This document shows positions 39,638-52,200 of a stretch of 64,000 bases of DNA, piece by piece. Position numbers and translations under genes: made by a program. Numbering within the stretch: position 1 is the stretch's first letter; each line of letters begins with the position of its first letter. The stretch comes from Auanema rhodensis (Eukaryota; Animalia; Nematoda): the NCBI GenBank assembly GCA_964057225.1, contig OZ059897.1, positions 2,046,001 to 2,110,000 on the forward strand, given 5' to 3'. Below the pieces are notes generated by a model that was not told the origin of the DNA, did not search any database, and worked only from the letters and a program-made list of their open reading frames with translations.

Positions 39638-41743
39638 CACCGAGATATCAACTGATATATGTTTACACTTATATCCTCGACTTTCACCCTGAAGAAATGA
39701 TTTTTTCGTTGAATAACATTGTCCATCGTCTTCGTCTTGAAAAAAGGAATCTAAAAACATCTACTTTTTGTGAAATTATTTAGAAATTTTTCGGGAAAAT
39801 TTTTGTCAAAATGTTTTTGAAAGCAATGTTGAGTGTACATGGAAACTCAACATACACTAATGCATCATTTTTCAAACGATCATAGCTAATTTTTGTATTG
39901 AGCGTTTCTCAATGTAGTATAGTGCATTCGATGCGGATTTTTAAGCTGCGTTGATCTGTGTTATCAGATTTGAGTTAGCTTAAAAATGCACCGAGATATC
40001 AACTGATATATGTTCACACTTATATCCTCGATTTTCACCCTGAAGAAATAGTTTTTTCGTTGAAAAACATTGTCCATCGTCTTTGCCTTGAAAAAAGGAA
40101 TCTAAAAACATCTACTTTTTGTGAAATTATTTAGAAATTTTTCGGGAAAATTTTTGTCAAAATGTTTTTGGAAGCAATGTTGAGTGTACATGGGAACTCA
40201 ACATACACTAATGCATTATTTTTCAAACGATCATAACTTATTTTTGTATAGAGCGTTTCTCAATGTAGTATGGTGCATTCGATGCGGATTTTTAAGCTGC
40301 GTCGATCTGTGTTATCAGATTTGAGTTAGCTTAAAAATGCACCGAGATATCAACTGATATATGTTCACACTTATATCCTCGACTTTCACCCTGAAGAAAT
40401 GATTTTTTCGTTGAATAACATTGTCCATCGTCTTCGTCTTGAAAAAAGGAATCAAAAAACATCTACTTTTTGTGAAATTATTTAGAAATTTTTCGGGAAA
40501 ATTTTTGTCAAAATGTTTTTGGAAGCAATGTTGAGTGTACATGGGAACTCAACATACACTAATGCATTATTTTTCAAACGATCATAACTTATTTTTGTAT
40601 AGAGCGTTTCTCAATGTAGTATAGTGCATTCGATGCGGATTTTTAAGCTGCGTCGATCTGTGTTATCAGATTTGAGTTAGCTTAAAAATGCACCGAGATA
40701 TCAACTGATATATGTTTACACTTATATCCTCGACTTTCACCCTGAAGAAATGATTTTTTCGTTGAATAACATTGTCCATCGTCTTCGTCTTGAAAAAAGG
40801 AATCTAAAAACATCTACTTTTTGTGAAATTATTTAGAAATTTTTCGGGAAAATTTTTGTCAAAATGTTTTTGAAAGCAATGTTGAGTGTACATGGAAACT
40901 CAACATACACTAATGCATCATTTTTCAAACGATCATAGCTAATTTTTGTATTGAGCGTTTCTCAATGTAGTATAGTGCATTCGATGCGGATTTTTAAGCT
41001 GCGTTGATCTGTGTTATCAGATTTGAGTTAGCTTAAAAATGCACCGAGATATCAACTGATATATGTTCACACTTATATCCTCGATTTTCACCCTGAAGAA
41101 ATAGTTTTTTCGTTGAAAAACATTGTCCATCGTCTTTGCCTTGAAAAAAGGAATCTAAAAACATCTACTTTTTGTGAAATTATTTAGAAATTTTTCGGGA
41201 AAATTTTTGTCAAAATGTTTTTGGAAGCAATGTTGAGTGTACATGGGAACTCAACATACACTAATGCATTATTTTTCAAACGATCATAACTTATTTTTGT
41301 ATAGAGCGTTTCTCAATGTAGTATGGTGCATTCGATGCGGATTTTTAAGCTGCGTCGATCTGTGTTATCAGATTTGAGTTAGCTTAAAAATGCACCGAGA
41401 TATCAACTGATATATGTTCACACTTATATCCTCGACTTTCACCCTGAAGAAATGATTTTTTCGTTGAATAACATTGTCCATCGTCTTCGTCTTGAAAAAA
41501 GGAATCAAAAAACATCTACTTTTTGTGAAATTATTTAGAAATTTTTCGGGAAAATTTTTGTCAAAATGTTTTTGGAAGCAATGTTGAGTGTACATGGGAA
41601 CTCAACATACACTAATGCATTATTTTTCAAACGATCATAACTTATTTTTGTATAGAGCGTTTCTCAATGTAGTATAGTGCATTCGATGCGGATTTTTAAG
41701 CTGCGTCGATCTGTGTTATCAGATTTTAGTTAGCTTAAAAATG
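39638..41743. repeat. Trimer (1053-bp) tandem duplication
   Basis: GTATGGTGC, AATCAAAAAA and GCGTTGATC each recur 1053 bp apart, matching the ORF spacing 40315/41368. Confidence 0.9.
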
Positions 41744-44700
41744 CACCGAGATATCAACTGATATATGTTCACACTTATATCCTCGATTTTCACACTGAAG
41801 AAATGATTTTTTCGTTGAATAACATTGTCCATCGTCTTCGTCTTGAAAAAAGGAATCTAAAAACATCTACTTTTTGTGAAATTATTTAGAAATTTTTCGG
41901 GAAAATTTTTGTCAAAATGTTTTTGGAAGCAATGTTGAGTGTACATGGGAACTCAACATACACTAATGCATTATTTTTCAAACGATCATAACTAATTTTT
42001 GTAAATAGCGTTTCTCAAGGTAGTATAGTGCATTCGATGCGGATTTTTAAGCTGCGTCGATCTGTGTTATCAGATTTGAGTTAGCTTAAAAATGCACCGA
42101 GATATCAACTGATATATGTTCACACTTATATCCTCGACTTTCACCCTGAAGAAATGATTTTTTCGTTGAATAACATTGTCCATCGTCTTCGTCTTGAAAA
42201 AAGGAATCTAAAAACATCTACTTTTTGTGAAATTATTTAGAAATTTTTCGGGAAAATTTTTGTCAAAATATTTTTGGAAGCAATGTTGAGTGTACATGGG
42301 AACTCAACATACACTAATGCATTATTTTTCAAACGATCATAACTTATTTTTGTATAGAGCGTTTCTCAATGTAGTATAGTGCATTCGATGCGGATTTTTA
42401 AGCTGCGTCGATCTGTGTTATCAGATTTGAGTTAGCTTAAAAATGCACCGAGATATCAACTGATATATGTTTACACTTATATCCTCGACTTTCACCCTGA
42501 AGAAATGATTTTTTCGTTGAATAACATTGTCCATCGTCTTCGTCTTGAAAAAAGGAATCTAAAAACATCTACTTTTTGTGAAATTATTTAGAAATTTTTC
42601 GGGAAAATTTTTGTCAAAATGTTTTTGGAAGCAATGTTGAGTGTACATGGGAACTCAACATACACTAATGCATTATTTTTCAAACGATCATAACTAATTT
42701 TTGTAAATAGCGTTTCTCAAGGTAGTAAAGTGCATTCGATGCGGATTTTTAAGCTGCGTCGATCTGTGTTATCAGATTTGCGCTAGCTTAAAAATGCACC
42801 AAGATATCAACTGATATAAGTTCACACTTATATCCTCGATTTTCACCCTGAAGAAATGATTTTTTCGTTGAAAAACATTGTCCATCGTCTTTGCCTTGAA
42901 AAAAGGAATCTAAAAACATCTACTTTTTGTGAAATTATTTAGAAATTTTTCGGGAAAATTTTTGTCAAAATGTTTTTGGAAGCAATGTTGAGTGTACATG
43001 GGAACTCAACATACACTAATGCATTATTTTTCAAACGATCATAACTTATTTTTGTATAGAGCGTTTCTCAATGTAGTATAGTGCATTCGATGCGGATTTT
43101 TAAGCTGCGTCGATCTGTGTTATTAGATTTGAGTTAGCTTAAAAATGCACCGAGATATCAACTGATATATGTTCACACTTATATCCTCGACTTTCACCCT
43201 GAAGAAATGATTTTTTCGTTGAATAACATTGTCCATCGTCTTCGTCTTGAAAAAAGGAATCTAAAAACATCTACTTTTTGTGAAATTATTTAGAAATTTT
43301 TCGGGAAAATTTTTGTCAAAATGTTTTTGGAAGCATTGTTGAGTGTACATGGGAACTCAACATACACTAATGCATTATTTTTCAAACGATCATAACTTAT
43401 TTTTGTATAGAGCGTTTCTCAATGTAGTATAGTGCATTCGATGCGGATTTTTAAGCTGCGTCGATCTGTGTTATCAGATTTGAGTTAGCTTAAAAATGCA
43501 CCGAGATATCAACTGATATATGTTCACACTTATATCCTCGATTTTCACCCTGAAGAAATGATTTTTTCGTTGAATAACATTGTCCATCGTCTTCGTCTTG
43601 AAAAAAGGAATCTAAAAACATCTACTTTTTGTGAAATTATTTAGAAATTTTTCGGGGAAAATTTTTGTCAAAATGTTTTTGGAAGAAATGTTGAGTGTAC
43701 ATGGGAACTCAACATACACTAATGCATTATTTTTCAAACGATCATAACTAATTTTTGTAAATAGCGTTTCTCAAGGTAGTAAAGTGCATTCGATGCGGAT
43801 TTTTAAGCTGCGTCGATCTGTGTTATCAGATTTGCGCTAGCTTAAAAATGCACCAAGATATCAACTGATATAAGTTCACACTTATATCCTCGATTTTCAC
43901 CCTGAAGAAATGATTTTTTCGTTGAAAAACATTGTCCATCGTCTTTGCCTTGAAAAAAGGAATCTAAAAACATCTACTTTTTGTGAAATTATTTAGAAAT
44001 TTTTCGGGAAAATTTTTGTCAAAATGTTTTTGGAAGCAATGTTGAGTGTACATGGGAACTCAACATACACTAATGCATTATTTTTCAAACGATCATAACT
44101 TATTTTTGTATAGAGCGTTTCTCAATGTAGTATAGTGCATTCGATGCGGATTTTTAAGCTGCGTCGATCTGTGTTATCAGATTTGAGTTAGCTTAAAAAT
44201 GCACCGAGATATCAACTGATATATGTTCACACTTATATCCTCGACTTTCACCCTGAAGAAATGATTTTTTCGTTGAATAACATTGTCCATCGTCTTCGTC
44301 TTGAAGAAAGGAATCTAAAAACATCTACTTTTTGTGAAATTATTTAGAAATTTTTCGGGAAAATTTTTGTCAAAATGTTTTTGGAAGCAATGTTGAGTGT
44401 ACATGGGAACTCAACATACACTAATGCATTATTTTTCAAACGATCATAACTAATTTTTGTATAGAGCGTTTCTCAATGTAGTATAGTGCATTCGATGCGG
44501 ATTTTTAAGCTGCGTCGATCTGTGTTATCAGATTTGAGTTAGCTTAAAAATGCACCGAGATATCTACTGATATATGTTCACACTTATATCCTCGATTTTC
44601 ACCCTGAAGAAATGATTTTTTCGTTGAATAACATTGTCCATCGTCTTCGTCATGAAAAAAGGAATCTAAAAACATCTACTTTTTAAGAAATTATTTAGAA

Positions 44701-47700
44701 ATTTTTCGGGAAAATTTTTGTCAAAATGTTTTTGGAAGCAATGTTGAGTGTACATGGGAACTCAACATACACTAATGCATTATTTTTCAAACGATCATAA
44801 CTAATTTCTGTAATTAGCGTTTCTCAATGTAGTATAGTGCATTCGATGCGGATTTTTAAGCTGCGTCGATCTGTGTTATCAGATTTGAGTTAGCTTAAAA
44901 ATGAACCGAGATATCAACTGATATATGTTCACACTTATATCCTCGATTTTCACCCTGAAGAAATGATTTTTTCGTTGAATAACATTGTCCATCGTCTTCG
45001 TCTTGAAAAAAGGAATCTAAAAACATCTACTTTTTGTGAAATTATTTAGAAATTTTTCGGGAAAATTTTTGTCAAAATGTTTTTGGAAGCAATGTTGAGT
45101 GTACATGGGAACTCAACATACACTAATGCATTATTTTTCAAACGATCATAACTATTTTCTGTAAATAGCGTTTCTCAATGTAGTATAGTGCATTCGATGC
45201 GGATTTTTAAGCTGCGTTGATCTGTGTTATCAGATTTGAGTTAACTTAAAAATGCACCGAGATATCAACTGATATAGGTTCACACTTATATCCTCGATTT
45301 TCACCCTGAAGAAATAATTTTTTCGTTGAAAAACATTCTCCATCGTCTTCGTCATGAAAAAAGGAATCTAAAAACATCTACTTTTTGTGAAATTATTTAG
45401 AAATTTTTCGGGAAAATTTTTGTCAAAATGTTTTTGGAAGCAATGTTGAGTGTACATGGGAACTCAGCATACACTAATGCATTATTTTTCAAACGATAAT
45501 AACTAAATTTTGTATAGAGCGTTTCTTAATGTAGTATAGTGCATTCGATGCGGATTTTTAAGTTGCGTTGATCTGTGTTATCAGATTTGAGTTAGCTTAA
45601 AAATGCACCGAGATATCAACTGATTTATGTTCACACTTATATCCTCGATTTTCACCCTGAAGAAATGATTTTTTCGTTGAATAACATTGTCCATCATCTT
45701 CGTCTTGAAAAAAGGAATCTAAAAACATCTACTTTTTGTGAAATTATTTAGAAATTTTTCGGGAAAATTTTTGTCAAAATGTTTTTGGAAGCAATGTTGA
45801 GTGTACATGGGAACTCAACATACACTAATGCATTATTTTTCAAACGATCATAACTAATTTTTGTAAATAGCGTTTCTCAAGGTAGTATAGTGCATTCGAT
45901 GCGGATTTTTAAGCTGCGTCGATCTGTGTTATCAGATTTGAGTTAGCTTAAAAATGCACCGAGATATCAACTGATATATGTTCACACTTATATCCTCGAT
46001 TTTCACCCTGAAGAAATGATTTTTTCGTTGAATAACATTGTCCATCGTCTTCGTCTTGAAAAAAGGAATCTAAAAACATCTACTTTTTGTGAAATTATTT
46101 AGAAATTTTTCGGGAAAATTTTTGTCAAAATGTTTTTGGAAGCAATGTTGAGTGTACATGGGAACTCAACATACACTAATGCATTGTTTTTCAAACGATC
46201 ATAACTAATTTTTGTAAATAGCGTTTCTCAAGGTAGTATAGTGCATTCGATGCGGATTTTTAAGCTGCGTCGATCTGTGTTATCAGATTTGAGTTAGCTT
46301 AAAAATGCACCGAGATATCAACTGATATATGTTCACACTTATATCCTCGATTTTCACCCTGAAGAAATGATTTTTTCGTTGAATAACATTGTCCATCGTC
46401 TTCGTCTTGAAAAAAGGAATCTAAAAACATCTACTTTTTGTGAAATTATTTAGAAATTTTTCGGGAAAATTTTTGTCAAAATGTTTTTGGAAGCAATGTT
46501 GAGTGTACATGGGAACTCAACATACACTAATGCATTATTTTTCAAACGATCATAACTAATTTCTGTAAATAGCGTTTCTCAATGTAGTATAGTGCATTCG
46601 ATGCGGATTTTTAAGCTGCGTCGATCTGTGTTATCAGATTTGAGTTAGCTTAAAAATGCACCGAGATATCAACTGATATATGTTCACACTTATATCCTCG
46701 ATTTTCACCCTGAAGAAATAGTTTTTTCGTTGAAAAACATTGTCCATCGTCTTTGCCTTGAAAAAAGGAATCTAAAAACATCTACTTTTTGTGAAATTAT
46801 TTAGAAATTTTTCGGGAAAATTTTTGTCAAAATGTTTTTGGAAGCAATGTTGAGTGTACATGGGAACTCAACATACACTAATGCATTATTTTTCAAACGA
46901 TCATAACTAATTTCTGTAAATAGCGTTTCTCAATGTAGTATAGTGCATTCGATGCGGATTTTTAAGCTGCGTCGATCTGTGTTATCAGATTTGAGTTAGC
47001 TTAAAAATGCACCGAGATATCAACTGATATATGTTCACACTTATATCCTCGATTTTCACCCTGAAGAAATAGTTTTTTCGTTGAAAAACATTGTCCATCG
47101 TCTTTGCCTTGAAAAAAGGAATCTAAAAACATCTACTTTTTGTGAAATTATTTAGAAATTTTCCGGGAAAATTTTTGTCAAAATGTTTTTGGAAGCAATG
47201 TTGAGTGTACATGGGAACTCAACATACACTAATGCATTATTTTTCAAACGATCATAACTTATTTTTGTATAGAGCGTTTCTCAATGTAGTATAGTGCATT
47301 CGATGCGGATTTTTAAGCTGCGTCGATCTGTGTTATCAGATTTGAGTTAGCTTAAAAATGCACCGAGATATCAACTGATATATGTTCACACTTATATCCT
47401 CGACTTTCACCCTGAAGAAATGATTTTTTCGTTGAATAACATTGTCCATCGTCTTCGTCTTGAAAAAAGGAATCTAAAAACATCTACTTTTTGTGAAATT
47501 ATTTAGAAATTTTTCGGGAAAATTTTTGTCAAAATGTTTTTGGAAGCAATGTTGAGTGTACATGGGAACTCAACATACACTAATGCATTATTTTTCAAAC
47601 GATCATAACTAATTTTTGTATAGAGCGTTTCTCAATGTAGTATAGTGCATTCGATGCGGATTTTTAAGCTGCGTTGATCTGTGTTATCAGATTTGAGTTA

Positions 47701-49115
47701 ACTTAAAAATGCACCGAGATATCAACTGATATATGTTCACACTTATATCCTCGATTTTCACCCTGAAGAAATGATTTTTTCGTTGAATAACATTGTCCAT
47801 CGTCTTCGTCTTGAAAAAAGGAATCTAAAAACATCTACTTTTTGTGAAATTATCTAGAAATTTTTCGGGAAAATTTTTGTCAAAATGTTTTTGGAAGCAA
47901 TGTTGAGTGTACATGGGAACTCAACATACACTAATGCATTATTTTTCAAACGATCATAACTAATTTTTGTATAGAGCGTTTCTCAATGTAGTATAGTGCA
48001 TTCGATGCGGATTTTTAAGCTGCGTTGATCTGTGTTATCAGATTTGAGTTAACTTAAAAATGCACCGAGATATCAACTGATATAGGTTCACACTTATATC
48101 CTCGATTTTCACCCTGAAGAAGTAGTTTTTTCGTTGAAAAACATTGTCCATCGTCTTCGTCATGAAAAAAGGAATCTAAAAACATCTACTTTTTAAGAAA
48201 TTATATAGAAATTTTTCGGGAAAATTTTTGTCAAAATGTTTTTGGAAGCAATGTTGAGTGTACATGGGAACTCAACATACACTAATGCATTATTTTTCAA
48301 ACAATCATAACTTATTTTTGTATAGAGCGTTTCTCAATGTAGTATAGTGCATTCGATGCGGATTTTTAAGCTGCGTCGATCTGTGTTATCAGATTTGAGT
48401 TAGCTTAAAAATGCACCGAGATATCAACTGATATATGTTCACACTTATATCCTCGATTTTCACCCTGAAGAAATGATTTTTTCGTTGAATAACATTGTCC
48501 ATCGTCTTCGTCTTGAAAAAAGGAATCTAAAAACATCTACTTTTTGTGAAATTATTTAGAAATTTTTCGGGAAAATTTTTGTCAAAATGTTTTTGGAAGC
48601 AATGTTGAGTGTACATGGGAACTCAACATACACTAATGCATTATTTTTCAAACGATCATAACTAATTTTTGTAAATAGCGTTTCTCAAGGTAGTATAGTG
48701 CATTCGATGCGGATTTTTAAGCTGCGTCGATCTGTGTTATCAGATTTGAGTTAGCTTAAAAATGCACCGAGATATCAACTGATATATGTTCACACTTATA
48801 TCCTCGATTTTCAAACTGAAGAATTGATTTTTTTGTTGAATAACATTGTCCATCGTCTTCGTCTTGAAAAAAGGAATCTAAAAACATCTACTTTTTGTGA
48901 AATTATCTAGAAATTTTTCGGGAAAATTTTTGTCAAAATGTTTTTGGAAGCAATGTTGAGTGTACATGGGAACTCAACATACACTAATGCATTATTTTTC
49001 AAACGATCATAACTATTTTCTGTAAATAGCGTTTCTCAATGTAGTATAGTGCATTCGATGCGGATTTTTAAGTTGCGTTGATCTGTGTTATCAGATTTGA
49101 GTTAGCTTTAAAATG

Positions 49116-49269
49116 CACCGAGATATCAACTGATTTATGTTCACACTTATATCCTCGATTTTCACACTATTTTCTGTAAATAGCGTTTCTCAATGTAGTA
49201 TAGTGCATTCGATGCGGATTTTTAAGCTGCGTTGATCTGTGTTATCAGATTTGAGTTAACTTAAAAATG
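49116..49269. repeat. 154-bp truncated monomer (pos 1-50 joined to pos 248-351)
   Basis: Junction CGATTTTCAC|ACTATTTTCTGTAAATAG at 49165/49166; 197 bp are missing. Confidence 0.95.
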
Positions 49270-52200
49270 CACCGAGATATCAACTGATATAGGTTCACAC
49301 TTATATCCTCGATTTTCACCCTGAAGAAATAATTTTTTCGTTGAAAAACATTGTCCATCGTCTTCGTCATGAAAAAAGGAATCTAAAAACATCTACTTTT
49401 TGTGAAATTATTTAGAAATTTTTCGGGAAAATTTTTGTCAAAATGTTTTTGGAAGCAATGTTGAGTGTACATGGGAACTCAGCATACACTAATGCATTAT
49501 TTTTCAAACGATAATAACTAATTTTTGTATAGAGCGTTTCTTAATGTAGTATAGTGCATTCGATGCGGATTTTTAAGTTGCGTTGATCTGTGTTATCAGA
49601 TTTGAGTTAGCTTAAAAATGCACCGAGATATCAACTGATTTATGTTCACACTTATATCCTCGATTTTCACCCTGAAGAAATGATTTTTTCGTTGAATAAC
49701 ATTGTCCATCATCTTCGTCTTGAAAAAAGGAATCTAAAAACATCTACTTTTTGTGAAATTATTTAGAAATTTTTCGGGAAAATTTTTGTCAAAATGTTTT
49801 TGGAAGCAATGTTGAGTGTACATGGGAACTCAACATACACTAATGCATTATTTTTCAAACGATCATAACTAATTTTTGTAAATAGCGTTTCTCAAGGTAG
49901 TATAGTGCATTCGATGCGGATTTTTAAGCTGCGTCGATCTGTGTTATCAGATTTGAGTTAGCTTAAAAATGCACCGAGATATCAACTGATATATGTTCAC
50001 ACTTATATCCTCGATTTTCACCCTGAAGAAATAGTTTTTTCGTTGAAAAACATTGTCCATCGTCTTTGCCTTGAAAAAAGGAATCTAAAAACATCTACTT
50101 TTTGTGAAATTATTTAGAAATTTTTCGGGAAAATTTTTGTCAAAATGTTTTTGGAAGCAATGTTGAGTGTACATGGGAACTCAACATACACTAATGCATT
50201 ATTTTTCAAACGATCATAACTTATTTTTGTATAGAGCGTTTCTCAATGTAGTATAGTGCATTCGATGCGGATTTTTAAGCTGCGTCGATCTGTGTTATCA
50301 GATTTGAGTTAGCTTAAAAATGCACCGAGTTATCAACTGATATATGTTCACACTTATATCCTCGACTTTCACCCTGAAGAAATGATTTTTTCGTTGAATA
50401 ACATTGTCCATCGTCTTCGTCTTAAAAAAAGGAATCTAAAAACATCTACTTTTTGTGAAATTATTTAGAAATTTTTCGGGAAAATTTTTGTCAAAATGTT
50501 TTTGGAAGCAATGTTGAGTGTACATGGGAACTCAACATACACTAATGCATTATTTTTCAAACGATCATAACTAATTTTTGTATAGAGCGTTTCTCAATGT
50601 AGTATAGTGCATTCGATGCGGATTTTTAAGCTGCGTTGATCTGTGTTATCAGATTTGAGTTAACTTAAAAATGCACCGAGATATCAACTGATATAGGTTC
50701 ACACTTATATCCTCGATTTTCACCCTGAAGAAGTAGTTTTTTCGTTGAAAAACATTGTCCATCGTCTTCGTCATGAAAAAAGGAATCTAAAAACATCTAC
50801 TTTTTAAGAAATTATATAGAAATTTTTCGGGAAAATTTTTGTCAAAATGTTTTTGGAAGCAATGTTGAGTGTACATGGGAACTCAACATACACTAATGCA
50901 TTATTTTTCAAACGATCATAACTTATTTTTGTATAGAGCGTTTCTCAATGTAGTATAGTGCATTCGATGCGGATTTTTAAGCTGCGTCGATCTGTGTTAT
51001 CAGATTTGAGTTAGCTTAAAAATGCACCGAGATATCAACTGATATATGTTCACACTTATATCCTCGATTTTCAAACTGAAGAATTGATTTTTTTGTTGAA
51101 TAACATTGTCCATCGTCTTCGTCTTGAAAAAAGGAATCTAAAAACATCTACTTTTTGTGAAATTATCTAGAAATTTTTCGGGAAAATTTTTGTCAAAATG
51201 TTTTTGGAAGCAATGTTGAGTGTACATGGGAACTCAACATACACTAATGCATTATTTTTCAAACGATCATAACTATTTTCTGTAAATAGCGTTTCTCAAT
51301 GTAGTATAGTGCATTCGATGCGGATTTTTAAGTTGCGTTGATCTGTGTTATCAGATTTGAGTTAGCTTAAAAATGCACCGAGATATCAACTGATTTATGT
51401 TCACACTTATATCCTCGATTTTCACCCTGAAGAAATGATTTTTTCGTTGAATAACATTGTCCATCATCTTCGTCTTGAAAAAAGGAATCTAAAAACATCT
51501 ACTTTTTGTGAAATTATTTAGAAATTTTTCGGTAAAATTTTTGTCAAAATGTTTTTGGAAGCAATGTTGAGTGTACATGGGAACTCAACATACACTAATG
51601 CATTATTTTTCAAACGATCATAACTAATTTTTGTAAATAGCGTTTCTCAAGGTAGTATAGTGCATTCGATTGCGGATTTTTAAGCTGCGTCGATCTGTGT
51701 TATCAGATTTGAGTTAGCTTAAAAATGCACCGAGATATCAACTGATATATGTTCACACTTATATCCTCGATTTTCACCCTGAAGAAATGATTTTTTCGTT
51801 GAATAACATTGTCCATCGTCTTCGTCTTGAAAAAAGGAATCTAAAAACATCTACTTTTTGTGAAATTATTCAGAAATTTTTCGGGAAAATTTTTGTCAAA
51901 ATGTTTTTGGAAGCAATGTTGAGTGTACATGGGAACTCAACATACACTAATGCATTATTTTTCAAACGATCATAACTAATTTCTGTAAATAGCGTTTCTC
52001 AATGTAGTATAGTGCATTCGATGCGGATTTTTAAGCTGCGTCGATCTGTGTTATCAGATTTGAGTTAGCTTAAAAATGCACCGAGATATCAACTGATATA
52101 TGTTCACACTTATATCCTCGATTTTCACCCTGAAGAAATAGTTTTTTCGTTGAAAAACATTGTCCATCGTCTTTGCCTTGAAAAAAGGAATCTAAAAACA

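Noticed and set aside
40315-41595. 75-aa minus-strand ORFs (40315-40542, 41368-41595)
   Set aside because: Independent loss of the same stop (T115A), duplicated with the trimer. There is no domain or other coding evidence.
32463-43657. Singleton 1-bp insertions (A at 32463; extra G at 43654-43657)
   Set aside because: Each occurs once, and the sister copies of the 32392 monomer lack the insertion, so they cannot be distinguished from consensus errors.
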